Made by a program: the position numbers and the translations under genes. The notes under the pieces were generated by a model. That model worked only from the letters and a program-made list of their open reading frames with translations, was not told the origin of the DNA and made no database searches. From Balanoglossus misakiensis (lineage: Eukaryota > Animalia > Hemichordata), in contig CM082595.2 in the NCBI GenBank assembly GCA_040954595.2, positions 6,164,137-6,228,136 on the forward strand: a stretch of DNA of 64,000 nt. The letters run 5' to 3'. Shown here piece after piece: positions 35,501 through 48,500 of the stretch (position 1 is its first letter; each line of letters starts with the position of its first letter).

Positions 35501-38500
35501 TTAAGTCACAAGGGATGATCTCCTTGATTACACTGCGGAGCCTCTTCTCACGAGATTCAACTTCACTGTAGAGTACATGAAAATGGAGGCACTTGTCAAA
35601 ACCATTTCGGAGTAGCACCAATGCATGCAAAACGCAGCCACTCACGAATGCCTGTGTTAATAATAGCCACGTTAGTTGCATGGTAGAGGGATATGCTATT
35701 TTTGGCGTGCCTGCATCTCTATGCACACTAGCTGTGGACATGCCGTGCAAGACTATCTAGTCTAGCTCGCCAACATTCTGGTTGCCCCCGCCCTTGCCCA
35801 GTGAGCAAGTACACATGGGCAGATAAAATGTAAATTAACAGAAGCACTACATATCATATTGGTCAACCATGGAGTTAGGCTCCTACCTCCATGGTTGCAC
35901 CTTATGGTACATGTCCTATTTATTGGGGATCTCAGCATTTGTAATCAACAGGTGGTCTGGAATGGATCTGGAGGACTGGAAACATTTCTAATGTTGAGGG
36001 CATCAGTGAGTTTGTCTGAGTGTCATCTTTATGCCTAAGGTTCTCTTTTTTTGACCAAAAATCAAAGGGGAAACCTTTATCATTCTGGGGGAACGTAGGA
36101 CAAGTTTCGGCGACAGCTCATGACTGTGTCAGTGCTGGCTGTCGTGTACGTACGCCAGTTACGATGTACGCACAAGTTTCAGTGAGGTACATGTATGTAA
36201 TGGCGTCAACATATTGCAAAACAGTTCAATGTCAACAAACATATGGTCTATGAACAAACTGTACTGACCTGTGCCCTTCCAAGTCACACACGTACTGAAC
36301 GATTGGCTTCCAATCAAACGCTCCCTTGTCATCGTTCAGCCATCGCTTGATAGCGTTCCTGTTGTCCTCCACGTACTCGCAGCAGACGACTTCGCTGAAG
36401 CGAGTGCAGGCAGAGATGAGGTGGTGAACGCACGGCCCGCTGCCAATGTCAATCAGTCGGTCTCCTGCCACGGCATCTGAAAACAACAACAATTGAATAG
36501 GCGTAAGCTAATGTAGCATGATTTGTGTCAGACTGGTTGACCTTGTATTCTCGGGTGTGTGCACCTTTACAAATCCAACCACGGGACCTCAGGCTGCCGT
36601 TGCCACGATTCTTTTTAATCTCGATAATCTCAGAGCGCAGACGTTTGCCTGCAAACAGACAACCAGACTGCGTTAACCTTATTCATTAAAAAAAACGTAG
36701 AACACGAACTAAAATGTGGCCATAATGTGGCTTATATTATTCATACTGTTCCAAAGGACAATACACACACAGTTGTGGCAAGGTCGAACCGACGTTGCAA
36801 TGAGAGCACAAGCTTTCAACCAACCCACCTTGCGTGAAGATCTCATGTAAACTCTGCAACCAGAATGGCAGAAGTCCCACCTCGTCTGGGTTGCCTTCTG
36901 GGCTGGAATAGTACTCTCTGAGGTACGCATTGGCGTCGAATTGATCGTGGTACTCGGTCCCACGTAAAGCAGGCGAGACACCGGTGTCCATCGTTAGCGT
37001 GGCAAACAAATAGTCTGACGGTGGTATACACGGTGTTGTCTGCACTACAATATAAGCGCACGGGGATCAACGGGTCACTGTATCATTACAATAAATGACC
37101 CTTTATTTCGCTTTTATTCAAGCCCCAGCTTGAGCGGCATATGCAGTCACAGCACTTTTTGCCTGCCAACTTTTGCCTCACCATACCGTGCAGCGCCGTG
37201 GCAGGCGTGTGGCAGACGATCACGCCGTGACACCAACGCTTCAGGATTTCGAACACTTGGAGTCTGACGTCATCGAGATACAAAAACCAGTTTCACATAT
37301 TCAATGCTGCTCAAGTCGAATACACCCTTTTCATAAATCTAGCGCCCTCACGCAGTGACCAAGAGCTTGAACTCAAAGTTCGCTGAACACTGCGTCTCAC
37401 GTGACTAGGCAAAAAGACGCGTCACGAAGATAGACGCAGATAAAGGCCGTCCGCCATTTTGTAATGTGTTAGTTTTTTGACACTCCGGATGTGGGCTAAT
37501 GCGCATGTCTGTTGTAAAACTTACGTACATTTGTGTCAGTAGTTGTATTGATTTTAGCTTCACTTCCATCATAAACTGTTGTTTTTTTTAAAATATGTAT
37601 ATTCGGGAAGAGTAAAAATGAATGTCAAGAAACGCGACAGATTGAATCTAGCCCGGAAGTTATAAAACGTTCATTTATTAGCCAATCAGATTCCACAATT
37701 CTAAATATGGCGGTTTGTGTTTACCTGCCTCTTTGGTGTTTGTCACCGAGGCAGGGTACCAGCCTACGCAAAGACCTGCGTGAGGGCGCTAGACTTATGA
37801 AAATTATGTAATATTATTTTTAGTTTATTGGCAATGAAAACAAGAAAATATTTTACTTTCAAGCGGGCCTAAGATAAACTAGAACTGTACTCATTCGTCC
37901 GTTGTTTATTCACATCTTTTTAGCTGTTATTAAAACACCGAAGTCATACTCTACGAACTTGCATTTGTTTAAGTTGGCCTCCTTGTTATGCTTACGACAT
38001 TTCAAGTCTGTGAAACCGGCCTCTGTCACCGCCGATCTGACAAGCTTTTCATCGGCGCAGTACGTCGCGAACTTCTTTCCCCCGACGGTGTAAAATTTGC
38101 CCGGTTGGCATAACTGTACGAAGGTCCCGCCAGGTTTCAGGTACTTCGCAATGTTCTTGACGGCTTGCTTCCACTGGTCGTCAGTAAAACACGCCGCCTT
38201 CAACGTCAGAGAGGTCAGCAGGCAGTCGAACTGCGGGAAGCTGTGTGGTTCTATCGGGTCAGCCTTGTTTAAGTCACAAGGGATGATCTCCTTGATTACA
38301 CTGCGAAGCCTCTTCTCACGAGCTTCAACATCACTGTAGAGTACATGAAAATACAGGCACTTGTCAGAACCACTTCTAAGTAGCACCAATACTAGACTCT
38401 CTCACAGCCCCTCTCGTCGTCCATGCAGGCTTATGGGCTGATTGCATGTGTGCCCAGCGAGAGGGTTAGCTACACAACACCAGACGGTGCTTCTCCCTTG

Positions 38501-41500
38501 CCAAACTTTTGAGGGAGCGTAGCGAACCGTGGGCTGTGAAAGAGTCTACACCAATACCTGTCTATATACCAATTTGCCAATCACGAATGCCTGTGTTAAT
38601 TATAGCCCTATTGACGAAGCGTTAGTTGTATGGCAGAGGGCTGGGCTATTGTTGGTGTATATGCATGACTGTCTAGTCTAGCTCACCAATTTTCTAGGGT
38701 CTATGAACAAACTGACCTGTGCCCTTCCAATTCACACACGTACTGAACGAAAGGCCTCCAATCATACGCTCCCTTGTCATCGTTCAGCCATCGCCTGATA
38801 GCGTTCCTGTTGTCCTCCACGTACTCGCAGCAGACAATTTCGCTGAAGCGAGTGCAGGCAGAGATGAGGTAGTGAATGCACGGGCCGCTACCGATGTCAA
38901 TCAGACGGTCTCCCGCCACGCCATCTGTCAAAGCAACAATTGACGTAAACTTATGTGGCATGCCAACCACAAGACGTGACGCTCCCATGATTCAGTACTT
39001 TCATACTGGATATTCTCCAAGCACAGACATGTTGCCTTCAAACAGACAACCAGTCTGGGCTAACCAAATTCATTTCAAATACATACAACATGAACAAGAA
39101 ATCTGGCTGTTGTGGCTTTTTATTAGTCACGCAGTTTTATACGTAAACGCTGTGGCGAATGTTGCAAAGGACAACCAACCTACCTTGCGTGAAGATCTCG
39201 TGCAAATTCTGCAACCAGAATGGCAGAAGTCCCACCTCGTCTGGGTTGCCTTCTGGGCTGGGATAGTACTCTCTGAGGTACGCATCGGCGTCGAAATGAT
39301 CGTGGTATTCGATCCCACGTAAACCAGGCGAGGCATCGGTGTTGTCCATCGTTAGCGTGGCACACAAATACGCTGATGCCCGCCGCTGCACTATAAGCGG
39401 GTCACCGTAACCTCGTGTTCACCTTCGGTCACTCTGACCCTCGTTTGCACTATTCACTGACCTTATTTACTGACAATCCAATTTCCATTTCTCTTTTATT
39501 CAAGCCCCAGACTGAGCCGCATGACAAATGATATACTTTAACCGATGGCAGTTCCAACATTTAAGTATGGTCTTAAATAGTTTCATATCAACATAAAATA
39601 GTTATAGATGACTACATTCCTCTTCAGAATAACCTCAGTGAATTTTGAAATGCGATTTATTTTTTGGAATAGTTAGCCCTGTCCAATGCTGGTGTTATGG
39701 CATTATTTCTCATTTAACAATGATGGTATATTGTATCAGCTAGCAGATTTCAATAGTTTGGAACGCTAAGCTATCAAATCGTCATCGAATGACCAGCCTG
39801 TAGCCCGGCAGTATGGGGTGGGGGAAATTTATCACAGCATTTAGACAATTTACACAATGTAGCGTCCTCAGTGGTCCAAGTATTTATTGAATTCCTTCGT
39901 TTAACTGGCCTCTCTGTATATGCATAAACAAACACTAACCAGCTATCAGACTGAGGTCCTCATGTCTGGACAAGTATAGGCACTCGGAGCATTATGTGGG
40001 GTGGAGCAAGTCAGTCAACTTTGGACTAGGCAGCAAAATAACGCCCTCAGTTGTCAAGGAATCCTGTTACTCAACAGCTTGCGCCACATTACACCACGTT
40101 GTCTGGAAATACTGTAACGTTTGAATCTAGCCCATGGTGCACTCTCTGAATCATATACACCGATAACCAAAACTTTTCACTGATCACTGATTCTTCTCTC
40201 AAAACCGAAAACACTCAGCAGATTCCATGTTTGCTTTTTCCCCTACAGGACGACGACGGTGTGAGCGCTGACGTCACAAGGACTGGGAAGTTCGTAGTGG
40301 TTTCTAAACCGAAAAGGGAACGGGCGAGGATTAACCGGAAAGGCAGCAAGATCTCGTTGGCGGGAAACTCAGACATTGCACTGGATATACCACCTGCAGC
40401 TGTGAAGACTAGTGAGCCCATTACTTTAGAGGTAAGATGCATAAAACTCGTATGTTATACATCACCGTACATGCGCTAGGATGTCAATATTTCGAACGCT
40501 CTAAAGCACCATGTTTTGCGTTATTTTCATGATGTTATTTTCAACCTTCAACCTTTTATTTTCAACCTTCAAATTATAGGTAATTAGGGTTTCGAGACCA
40601 GAAGAGTCTCAAAACCCTCTTGAAATCTTGCAGTCCTACACCCTGCCTCATTAAATATGCACATATCTATCTCCAGGCGAACCAATAGTGCTAGTAGTGT
40701 CTCGAAACCCGCCTGTTGCTGTTCGCAGCTATATTTGTTCATTACATTTTTGATACATTATTGAGAATCATTTCAATCTAGATTCACCAGGACCCAACTG
40801 CACCATCTTTCCGAGATGACACTGACGCCATGGAAGATCAGACGAGTTTTGGAGTCATGCTGCTCATTAAAGGACGAGCCAGTGAGTGCATCGACCTCAC
40901 CAGGTCAGCTACGGTGACGCTGCCTATGCCAGCCAGTTGGACCACGCCCTCTGACGCCATCAACGGCGAAGTCAGGATATTCAAATGCGAACGAGAAGAC
41001 GAGTGGGAGGATATCACCGACGATACGACGTCGTGCATGGAATTGTATGACGACCACGTGTCGTTCAAGGTCAACGCATTGTCAAGGTAAGGTGGTGGTT
41101 GTGGGTGTCGATAGGGTTGTGTTGGTGTGGGTAGTGGTGGTGGTGATGATGATAGAGGTAAGGTGGTGGTGAGGAGGAAAATGAGGAGTAGCAGGAGAGG
41201 GGAGGTGGAGGGTGGTTTTCAGTGAGGTTGTGGTAGTGGTGGTGGTGATGGTGTCGGTAGGGTTGTGTTGGTGTGGGTAGTGGTGGTAACTATGATAAAG
41301 GTGTGGTGTGGTGGTTGTGGTGGTGAGGAGGATGAGGAGGAGTAGCAGGAGAGAGGGAGGAGGGTGGATTTCGGTGTAGTGGTAGTGGTGGTGGTGGTGG
41401 TTACTTGGAGATGTTCACGAGGAGTGTTGTCAAACCTTGGTCTCCGTATTTTGCAAGATGCGCAACGGCGAGAATGACTTCATCGGACATTGAAGACACT

Positions 41501-42716
41501 GAGAAATTCATGAAGGATAAGATCAACTCTCTGAAGCGCGGTGAACACATCGTCAAGATTCTGCTGCTGCAGCACGAGAAGGATCCATGCACCCTCCTCT
41601 TTGACGTCGTCGAAGAGGTGGACCTCGAAAAGCGAATTGATTTCTGGTCCAGCAGTGGCTGGGTCAATGCCTCCTACAGCAAGGACACCGTGCTGGTCAA
41701 CGGAGAGACCATCTCAGTGGAGCCGCATCCGCGTTTCGCCATGGTAACAAAGACGAAGAGCAACAAGTTCTTCGCGAAGAGAGACAACCACTGGATCGGT
41801 GTTTTTGAATTCGTGAAACACGACGCTGAACCTTCGGAGCAGCAGCAGGCTGTGGGTTTGGTGGAGTTTTATCGCGAGGAGACAAGGGAGCTATTGGCCG
41901 AACTTCACTTCACTGTTCCGATCCCCGAGATGAACACATGTGAGGTGAGCATATGCAAATAATGATGCAATTTTTAGTCACGAAATTTAACCCACCATTT
42001 TTATAACCTACTACATTTCCATGGTTATCTTGCAAGATTACTGTATTTGATTTTGTTGCGCTTTCCAGAACTTGCAAAACCCAGTCTTTGTTGAAGACGT
42101 GCTGCCATCTTCTCCCATACCTAACCACGGTAAGGAACGTTAGAGGGCATCAAATGACATTAATGAGTGGAAATAATCATACAGCTAATGACGATGTGCA
42201 GATTTAAAAATATACGTGGTAGCGTCTTATATTCTGATCTTTGCTCAGATTTGTCCACCGAAGACATGCATCTTGCATACAAGTATTTTGGAATGTGTTG
42301 AAGTAGACTCATTTTGAAAGGAGAGCCAAGATCTTTATATTCAATACCACGTCTTTAGAGAAGCGAGCGTTAAAATGCCTTACAGACTGACTTATAGTTA
42401 AATGTAACCTCTTTCAGATCAAGAAGACCTGTTTCGTTATGTTTCAAAGAGAATCTTATCCAGCCAGTGGAAGAGTCTTGCCCGTCAACTCAGCATCGCT
42501 GAGCCAGAGATCGACCGGATAGAGTTCAAAAATCCTCGCGATCTAACAGAGCAGATCTATCAGATGCTCCTACTGTGGGAAAAGAAGTTCCGGCTGAGGG
42601 GGAGGGTTCTTCGTGAGCGACTGGCTGAGGCGCTCGTAGCTGAAGATCTTCCATCACTGGCGAGAGATGTCATGGAATTGAGGAGGCGAAAGTCTACTGT
42701 GTGCTCTGTTTGTTGA
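26542..42716 (+). CDS. PIDD-like LRR-ZU5-ZU5-UPA-death domain protein 1, about 1186 aa, 9 coding exons, C-terminal CaaX
   Basis: Exons 26542-28090, 28287-28622, 29099-29151, 29369-29656, 40249-40431, 40782-41086, 41458-41944, 42069-42129 and 42418-42716 join in frame (3561 nt). About 26 LRRs of 23 aa with a GNPMRVPPIDVC cap. ZU5 motifs SDVIEISPDGVTFCKP and LDIPPAAV. UPA-like region. Death domain QWKSLARQLSIAEPEIDRI...EQIYQMLLLW. Ends RRRKSTVCSVC*. Confidence 0.87.
29681..31416 (-). CDS. NNMT/INMT/PNMT-family SAM-dependent N-methyltransferase M1, 264 aa, nested antisense
   Basis: Exons 31416-31254, 30888-30681 and 30104-29681 (163/208/424 nt). Motifs: YHDQFDANAYLREYY, LVDIGSGPC, FDWKPIVQYVCELEG, LTLEAAC, LKPGG. 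Confidence 0.9.
31581..31712 (+). pseudogene. Frameshifted copy of the 5' part of host ZU5 exon 4
   Basis: Near-identical to 29370-29523, with a net 22-nt deletion and truncation after gtcatcgagat. Confidence 0.85.
31754..32236. mobile_element. MITE co-duplicated with the methyltransferase unit (right TIR partly deleted)
   Basis: The left TIR tacacccttttcataaatctagcgccctcacgcag is present. The right end keeps only atgaaaatggtgta. A fuller copy is at 37321-37810. Confidence 0.7.
32333..34222 (-). CDS. NNMT/INMT/PNMT-family methyltransferase M2, 264 aa
   Basis: Exons 34222-34060, 33674-33467 and 32756-32333 join in frame. Confidence 0.9.
34387..34518 (+). pseudogene. Second frameshifted copy of the host ZU5 exon 4 fragment
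   Basis: Same sequence as 31581-31712. Confidence 0.85.
34560..35042. mobile_element. Co-duplicated MITE (right TIR partly deleted)
   Basis: Nearly identical to 31754-32236. Confidence 0.7.
35142..36991 (-). CDS. NNMT/INMT/PNMT-family methyltransferase M3, 264 aa
   Basis: Exons 36991-36829, 36476-36269 and 35565-35142 join in frame. Confidence 0.9.
37148..37279 (+). pseudogene. Third frameshifted copy of the host ZU5 exon 4 fragment
   Basis: Carries the same deletion as the other two copies. Confidence 0.85.
37321..37810. mobile_element. About 490-bp MITE with both TIRs
   Basis: TTTTCATAAATCTAGCGCCCTCACGCAG (37328-37355) pairs with CTGCGTGAGGGCGCTAGACTTATGAAAA (37776-37803) with one mismatch. 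TA at both outer ends. Confidence 0.8.
37910..39349 (-). CDS. NNMT/INMT/PNMT-family methyltransferase M4, 265 aa (most diverged copy, with LTLKAAC)
   Basis: Exons 39349-39184, 38924-38717 and 38333-37910 join in frame. Confidence 0.88.
38393..38548 (+). mobile_element. 156-bp MITE with TAGACTCTCTCACAGCCC TIRs and 9-bp TSD CACCAATAC
   Basis: TSD at 38384-38392 and 38549-38557. The element is absent from the matching intron of M1-M3 (empty site agcaccaatgc). Confidence 0.9.
41088..41400. repeat. GGT/GGA-rich low-complexity intronic repeat
   Basis: Visible directly, including an internal duplication of tagggttgtgttggtgtgggtagtggtgg. Confidence 0.8.
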
Positions 42717-45347
42717 TTTTGTGCAGTTGGGTTGTGTGAATGGAATGGGGAAAATGGGATGTGATTTAGTTCTTGGTATATTCTGGAAGCTCGTTCTACA
42801 GAAGAGCCCGGTTGCTAGGAGAACATTCATTAGTTACATCGATATGTGGTAACCTTTTGGATAGAACTAAACTGTGATATCAACTAATATCTGAGAGAGG
42901 ATTGTACATTGTACTTACCGACCTACAATTGACTGGAATTTTATCTGCATTGGTCGAAGTTGTTGATAGCATAGGAAGCTTTTGGAGGACAGGGGCACCT
43001 ATCACACAGTCTTTTAAAGATCAAAGAAGACCTTTCATCAACCTCGTCCTAGATAGATAAGTCATTGTGATAGCTCAATATGAACTATATAATATTGTTA
43101 TACGCAATGAGAACATGTCACGGGACTAGGCTTTTTGATCTTTAGATTAACTACTGACAACATTTTGCTCCACTCCCCAGTACATAGTGAAATCCAGGTT
43201 ACTCGGCAGTTATATCAACATGACCTGCATGTTGCGCACGTGCACAACCTGCATATATCTCATATACAGTGTTGTTTGCGTTATTTGATGGTATCCGGAG
43301 GTAAATTCGTAGACAGTAGAGGCGAGATTGTGTATGCACTGGTCATAACCATAAATCGACGTGCAAATGCATGCCAAGTACTCTGTCCGTTATACAGGTT
43401 GAACATGACTGACTCGCCATATGGTGGGGACTTGTACTTGCTCTGTATGGTCGAGCATAGTCCAGGTTGTAGGTTTACCTGCACGTCGCCCGCGAGGATT
43501 TATATCAAACTTTTGCAGCACAATCGCTCCAATAATAAGACTGGCTTTTGTCCATCAAGAAAATGCAAGCCATAATACCCGTCTCTTCAAACAAGGAACA
43601 AGGAAAAAGCAAGCAAAGGTACATGAGTATTTGAAGAATGTTTCCAAAGAAGTTGTCAACGACGTAAACGCTATGTAAACTGAGAGCTGACGTTATTGTC
43701 CAATTTGACTGGAGATTTGTTGCCATATTCGCGGTAACAAAGGAATTTGTGTCGATGTTTGTACCCTGGTCCAGTTCCGCGGACAGCTGGGCATGCGTAA
43801 ACAAAGTGCCAGCTTATCTCAAATAGGTACCATCGGTGCACGTCCTGGTTCGGACCGCAGAGCTACTTGAGCCGAACACTCTGGTGGACGTGCGGGTTCG
43901 GTCTGGAAGCAGGTAAGAAGGACCTTTGGTTATTAGTGTTTAAATAGCCGGTCGACTCGCCGAGCGTTGCCCAGCGCGAGTTTGTTGTTGCGGTTTATCT
44001 GCAGTGAAGGACAAGTTATAGAGCAACTTTCGGAAATATCTGAGCTTCTTCTGGGAGCTCTTTAAACCCACTATACTTAGGGCGTACACGTGCAATTGCT
44101 GCAGCAACGCTATTCGTGGGTGCTGTGACGACTATTTAACTGCTAAAACAATGTCCGTTCGCATCGTTACTTAAAATTCATTTGATCATCCTCTGTAGGC
44201 CTGCAAAACAAGATAACGCTGCGTGTTTATCGTGATATGTAGTGTGTCATATTTTAATCTCGCGCTGCTGGGTTCCTCCGACACAAATTACGTTATGGTG
44301 TACGACCGGATCTCTGCTTGTTAGGACATCCGTCTATGCTCTGGCCGTGTATACCGTTTATGTCGGTCTCCATGTCTGTCATTGCGCCAATAAAACGGCA
44401 ACTTTTCAACAGTTGGCAAACAGAACGATTTTTAAGTTGTTTAGTGACCGAAGACACGAAATGTACACGTAGACGTACAGTGTAACATTGACTCACCAAA
44501 TGAGAAACTGGTAAAAACATGTGCTGTTTGAAATTGTCTCGACAAGGAAACAATAATTAAAATGCGTTGTTTTATTAGTGCGAATTGCATGTAGTCTCCT
44601 CATTAAGCAATATCGAGATATCTTTGCAATCTTGTTCGCTCTTTGATATGCTGCTATAAGTCAACCTATTTATCCTCTGTCTCGCCACACCTCGTTCAGT
44701 TGTTCAGCGATATTGCAAGCTGGTAATCTCCATACTCAATCGCCAATTGGATTTCTGCAGCGAAGATAACCACGTCGATGGGTAATGAGGTAGTGTAGTT
44801 ACCGTACAACGTGAGATACCACCCGAGGTAAAGTTATTGATTTATTGTATGTTGCTTTTACGAGTTGCTCCGTTCGCTGAAAAAAACACAGTGTGCTGTG
44901 AATTGAATTTCTGATCAGAGAAATGATTACATGCAAGGGAAAGTGATCATATTTGCGACAAGCTGAGGCTTGAGAGATCCTGCAAGGTTTCGTGGGAGGA
45001 TTATTCCCAGACCCCTAATGTATCCAAACCACACAGGCAATTAGAGTTAACTTTATATCCCGGAGCAAAGGTCAACTGACAAACAAGTCTGACTATTGAC
45101 TTAACTATAGATTGTAGCGACATATGTGACGGAAATGTAACAGAACTCAACGTACCCAGATACCCTAAAACTTGCCCCTTTGTTCTCTTGAATTTAAAAA
45201 TCGATATCACACAGGCAGTGGCGTTGTGACAAATTTAATTGTATCAATGGAGATGACAAATTAGTCACACACACCCTTTCGCCTGCATCAAAGCAACTGC
45301 TAATTTATTTGGGGTTAAAATAAATACATAAAAATGCATGTAAATAA

Positions 45348-45361
45348 ACACACACACACAT

Positions 45362-45392
<31 letters not shown>

Positions 45393-45492
45393 TACATACA
45401 TACATACATACATACATACATACATACATACATACATACATACATACATACATACATACATACATACATACATACATACATACATACATACA

Positions 45493-45524
<32 letters not shown>

Positions 45525-45540
45525 CATACATATACATACA
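45348..45540. repeat. (CA)n(TACA)n microsatellite
   Basis: Visible directly, just upstream of the acceptor at 45580. Confidence 0.97.
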
Positions 45541-45596
45541 TTGTCTAAATGTCGACTTAATATGAGATATCTTACCACAGGAATAAATACACAAGC

Positions 45597-48500
45597 ATGG
45601 ATGTGAATATTCTTTCAAAGTTCACTCGCAAGAGTAAGGCTATTACTCTGGAAGGACGTCAGTTGGAAGAACTCCCCGGCAACATCAGCAGATACAAGAA
45701 GCTGAAGACACTAAACCTGAAGAACAATCAGTTATCAACTCTACCTGAAGAACTCATCCAGTGTCAACAGTTGGAGGAAATAAATCTAACAAACAATCGA
45801 TTCGCAGAGATCCCGGATGTCGTCTTTCAGCTGAAAAACCTAAGACATCTTCGCATCTCCAACAACCGAATTAAAGAGATTCCACTTAACATCAGTAAGC
45901 TGAGAAACTTGGTAACCATCGATGCATCTGACAACAGAATCGAAGATATTGCTGAGTCCAAAATCTGGAAATGCTCGTCGCTTGTGAGTTTGAACTTCAA
46001 AGGTAACAGAATACAAGTCATTCCAGAAGAACTGGGCAAATTGAAGCAATTGGCCTACCTGAGTTTTTCCAACAACGCCATCCAGGAAATACCAGCGCTG
46101 TTATCCAAATGTTCCAGGCTTCATACGTTCATGTTGGATGGAAACAAGATCACCACCGTTCCCAGGAATATTGATCAGTTCAAGAGGCTGAAGATACTCC
46201 ACTTGTGCCACAACTCTGTCAACGAAATCCCGCCGGAAATCTTCAAATGTCAACTGTCGGAGCTCTACCTGAAGAAAAATGACCTGACCGCCATACCTGC
46301 AATTGTAACTCCGGCGAAGAAGATGCAGATGCGAATTCTCGATTTGTCGAACAACCAACTCAAGAAGATTCCATCCCTGTCCAGGATCCATACCCTAACC
46401 TACCTGTATCTCAACGGTAATAAATTTAAAGAAGTACCATCTGACATAAAGAGTTTGGAAAATCTTCACACAGTAAACTTAGCGGATAACCGCTTTCAGC
46501 ACATTCCAAAACCACTGTTTGAACTTCCCAATCTAATTGTCCTTAACCTAAGAGACAACAGAATAGCTGAGCTACCAGAAGCTGTTGGTGACCTAACCAG
46601 TCTCGTCAGACTACACCTGTCAAACAACAAGATTACTGATGTGCCCGAATCAATTGTGCGGTGTGCACAGCTAAGAGACCTCAATCTCCAAGGAAACAAG
46701 TTACAAACCATCTCAGATGCTATCACAAAGCTGGTGAACCTACGTGCCCTCGATGTATCAAGAAATGAGATTCAAGAAATGCCAGAGGCATTGTCCCAGA
46801 GCGCCCAGCTGCAAGAGCTGAATATCAGTGGTAACAAAGTAAGTGTGCTGCCTGACATTGCTTCGGGGTTCAAGAGTTTGAAAGCACTTGATGCGTCCTA
46901 CAATCGGATTTCATCAATTCACGAATCGGAGAGCGAAAACAAAGTGTTGTCCACCCTCATTCTGAAAGGGAATAAACTGAACGACACGTCTGGAGATCTC
47001 TCACAGCTCCTGGCAACCTTGAAGGCTCTGAGGACGTTGGATTTGTCAGAAAACAATTATGGAATGTTGCCGCCGAACTTGGCCGATTGCAAGAAGCTGC
47101 AGGTACTGATCGCCAACAACAACATGATCAGAGAAGTACACGAAGAATTTAGTGGCCTTTCCCACTTGGAGACCATCGATTTGTCAAACAATCGAATTGA
47201 GCGCATCATGGCAACTTTTACTGATAATAAGAACTTGCAGACTTTAATCCTCCAACACAACAAACTCACCGAAATTCCACCAGGCATTGCCAACTGCAAG
47301 CGACTCTCGACTCTCAATGTTGCCAAGAACAAAATCGTGGAGATTCCCGGGGTTTTGACGGCTTGTGAGCAGCTTGAAACACTCGATGCCAGACGCAACA
47401 GAATTTGCCACATCCCTGACTTCATATGGGACATGAAGAAGCTCGGAACGCTCGATCTGTCCAACAACGAAATTGAGGAAATACCACCACACTTGACATC
47501 GTGTCCAGCGTTGCACACTCTCAAGCTAAAGGCGAACAAAATCGCCAACTTTCCTGACGACATTTGCCCATCTAATGAACTTAAAAGCCTGGACTTGGCA
47601 CACAACCAACTCACAACAATCGCGCCATCAATGTGCCAATTTCCTAAATTGAGCATATTAGGTCTCAGAGGCAACGACCTCACAGAGATACCCGACACCA
47701 TCAACAATTTGAAGGAATTGCAACTGTTTGATGTCTCGGAAAACAAAATTAGCGAGATACCACTGGCACTTACTGAGTGCAAGCAACTGACAGAGTTGCA
47801 CCTGAACGCAAACTCTCTCAGCAGCATCCCGGATCACATCGGTGAATTTAAATCTCTCCAGGGCCTTGACTTGGGAACGAACGGGATTGAATTCATTCCT
47901 GAAACGCTGTCTGGGTGTGAAGAGTTGACCGGCCTGTACCTGAATGGAAACAAACTGAAACAAATCCCAGAACACATCAGCGACCTGAAGCAGCTACTTA
48001 TTCTCGACCTCTCCGGGAACTTAGTCAGAAGTATTCCAACTACATTACCACTGTGCCCTCATCTCAAGGGTCTCTTACTGAAGAAAAACCGATTGCACGT
48101 CTTATCAAGTCTCATTGGAAACTTCGAGAACCTTCAGAAACTCGATCTCTCCATTAACGAAATAGCAAGTCTCCCAGAAGAACTTTTCGGGCTCAAGAAA
48201 TTAGTGGAACTCAACATGGAAGAAAACTCGTTGACGGTCATCCCAAAAAGCATCCGGTATCTGAGAAGCCTTGAAACGCTCAATATCGCTAACAACAAAA
48301 TTTCAAAGCTGGCGCCGGATGTGTTTATTCTACCTAAACTTACCCATCTAAATATGAGAGGTAATGATATTGGGTTCATCACGGATGAGGTTGGCCGACT
48401 GAAGAAGCTTGAAAAGTTCGACATATCGATGAACAGGATTGAGAAGTTACCAAAGGTTCTCTTTAACCTGAAAGAACTGACTGAACTCTCGGTGGAAGGT

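Noticed and set aside
40585-40712. Short inverted repeats gggtttcgagac / gtctcgaaaccc
   Set aside because: Possibly a MITE remnant, but the ends and TSD could not be defined.
45265-45618. MYVC/HTYI-repeat ORFs
   Set aside because: They are translations of the (TACA)n microsatellite.
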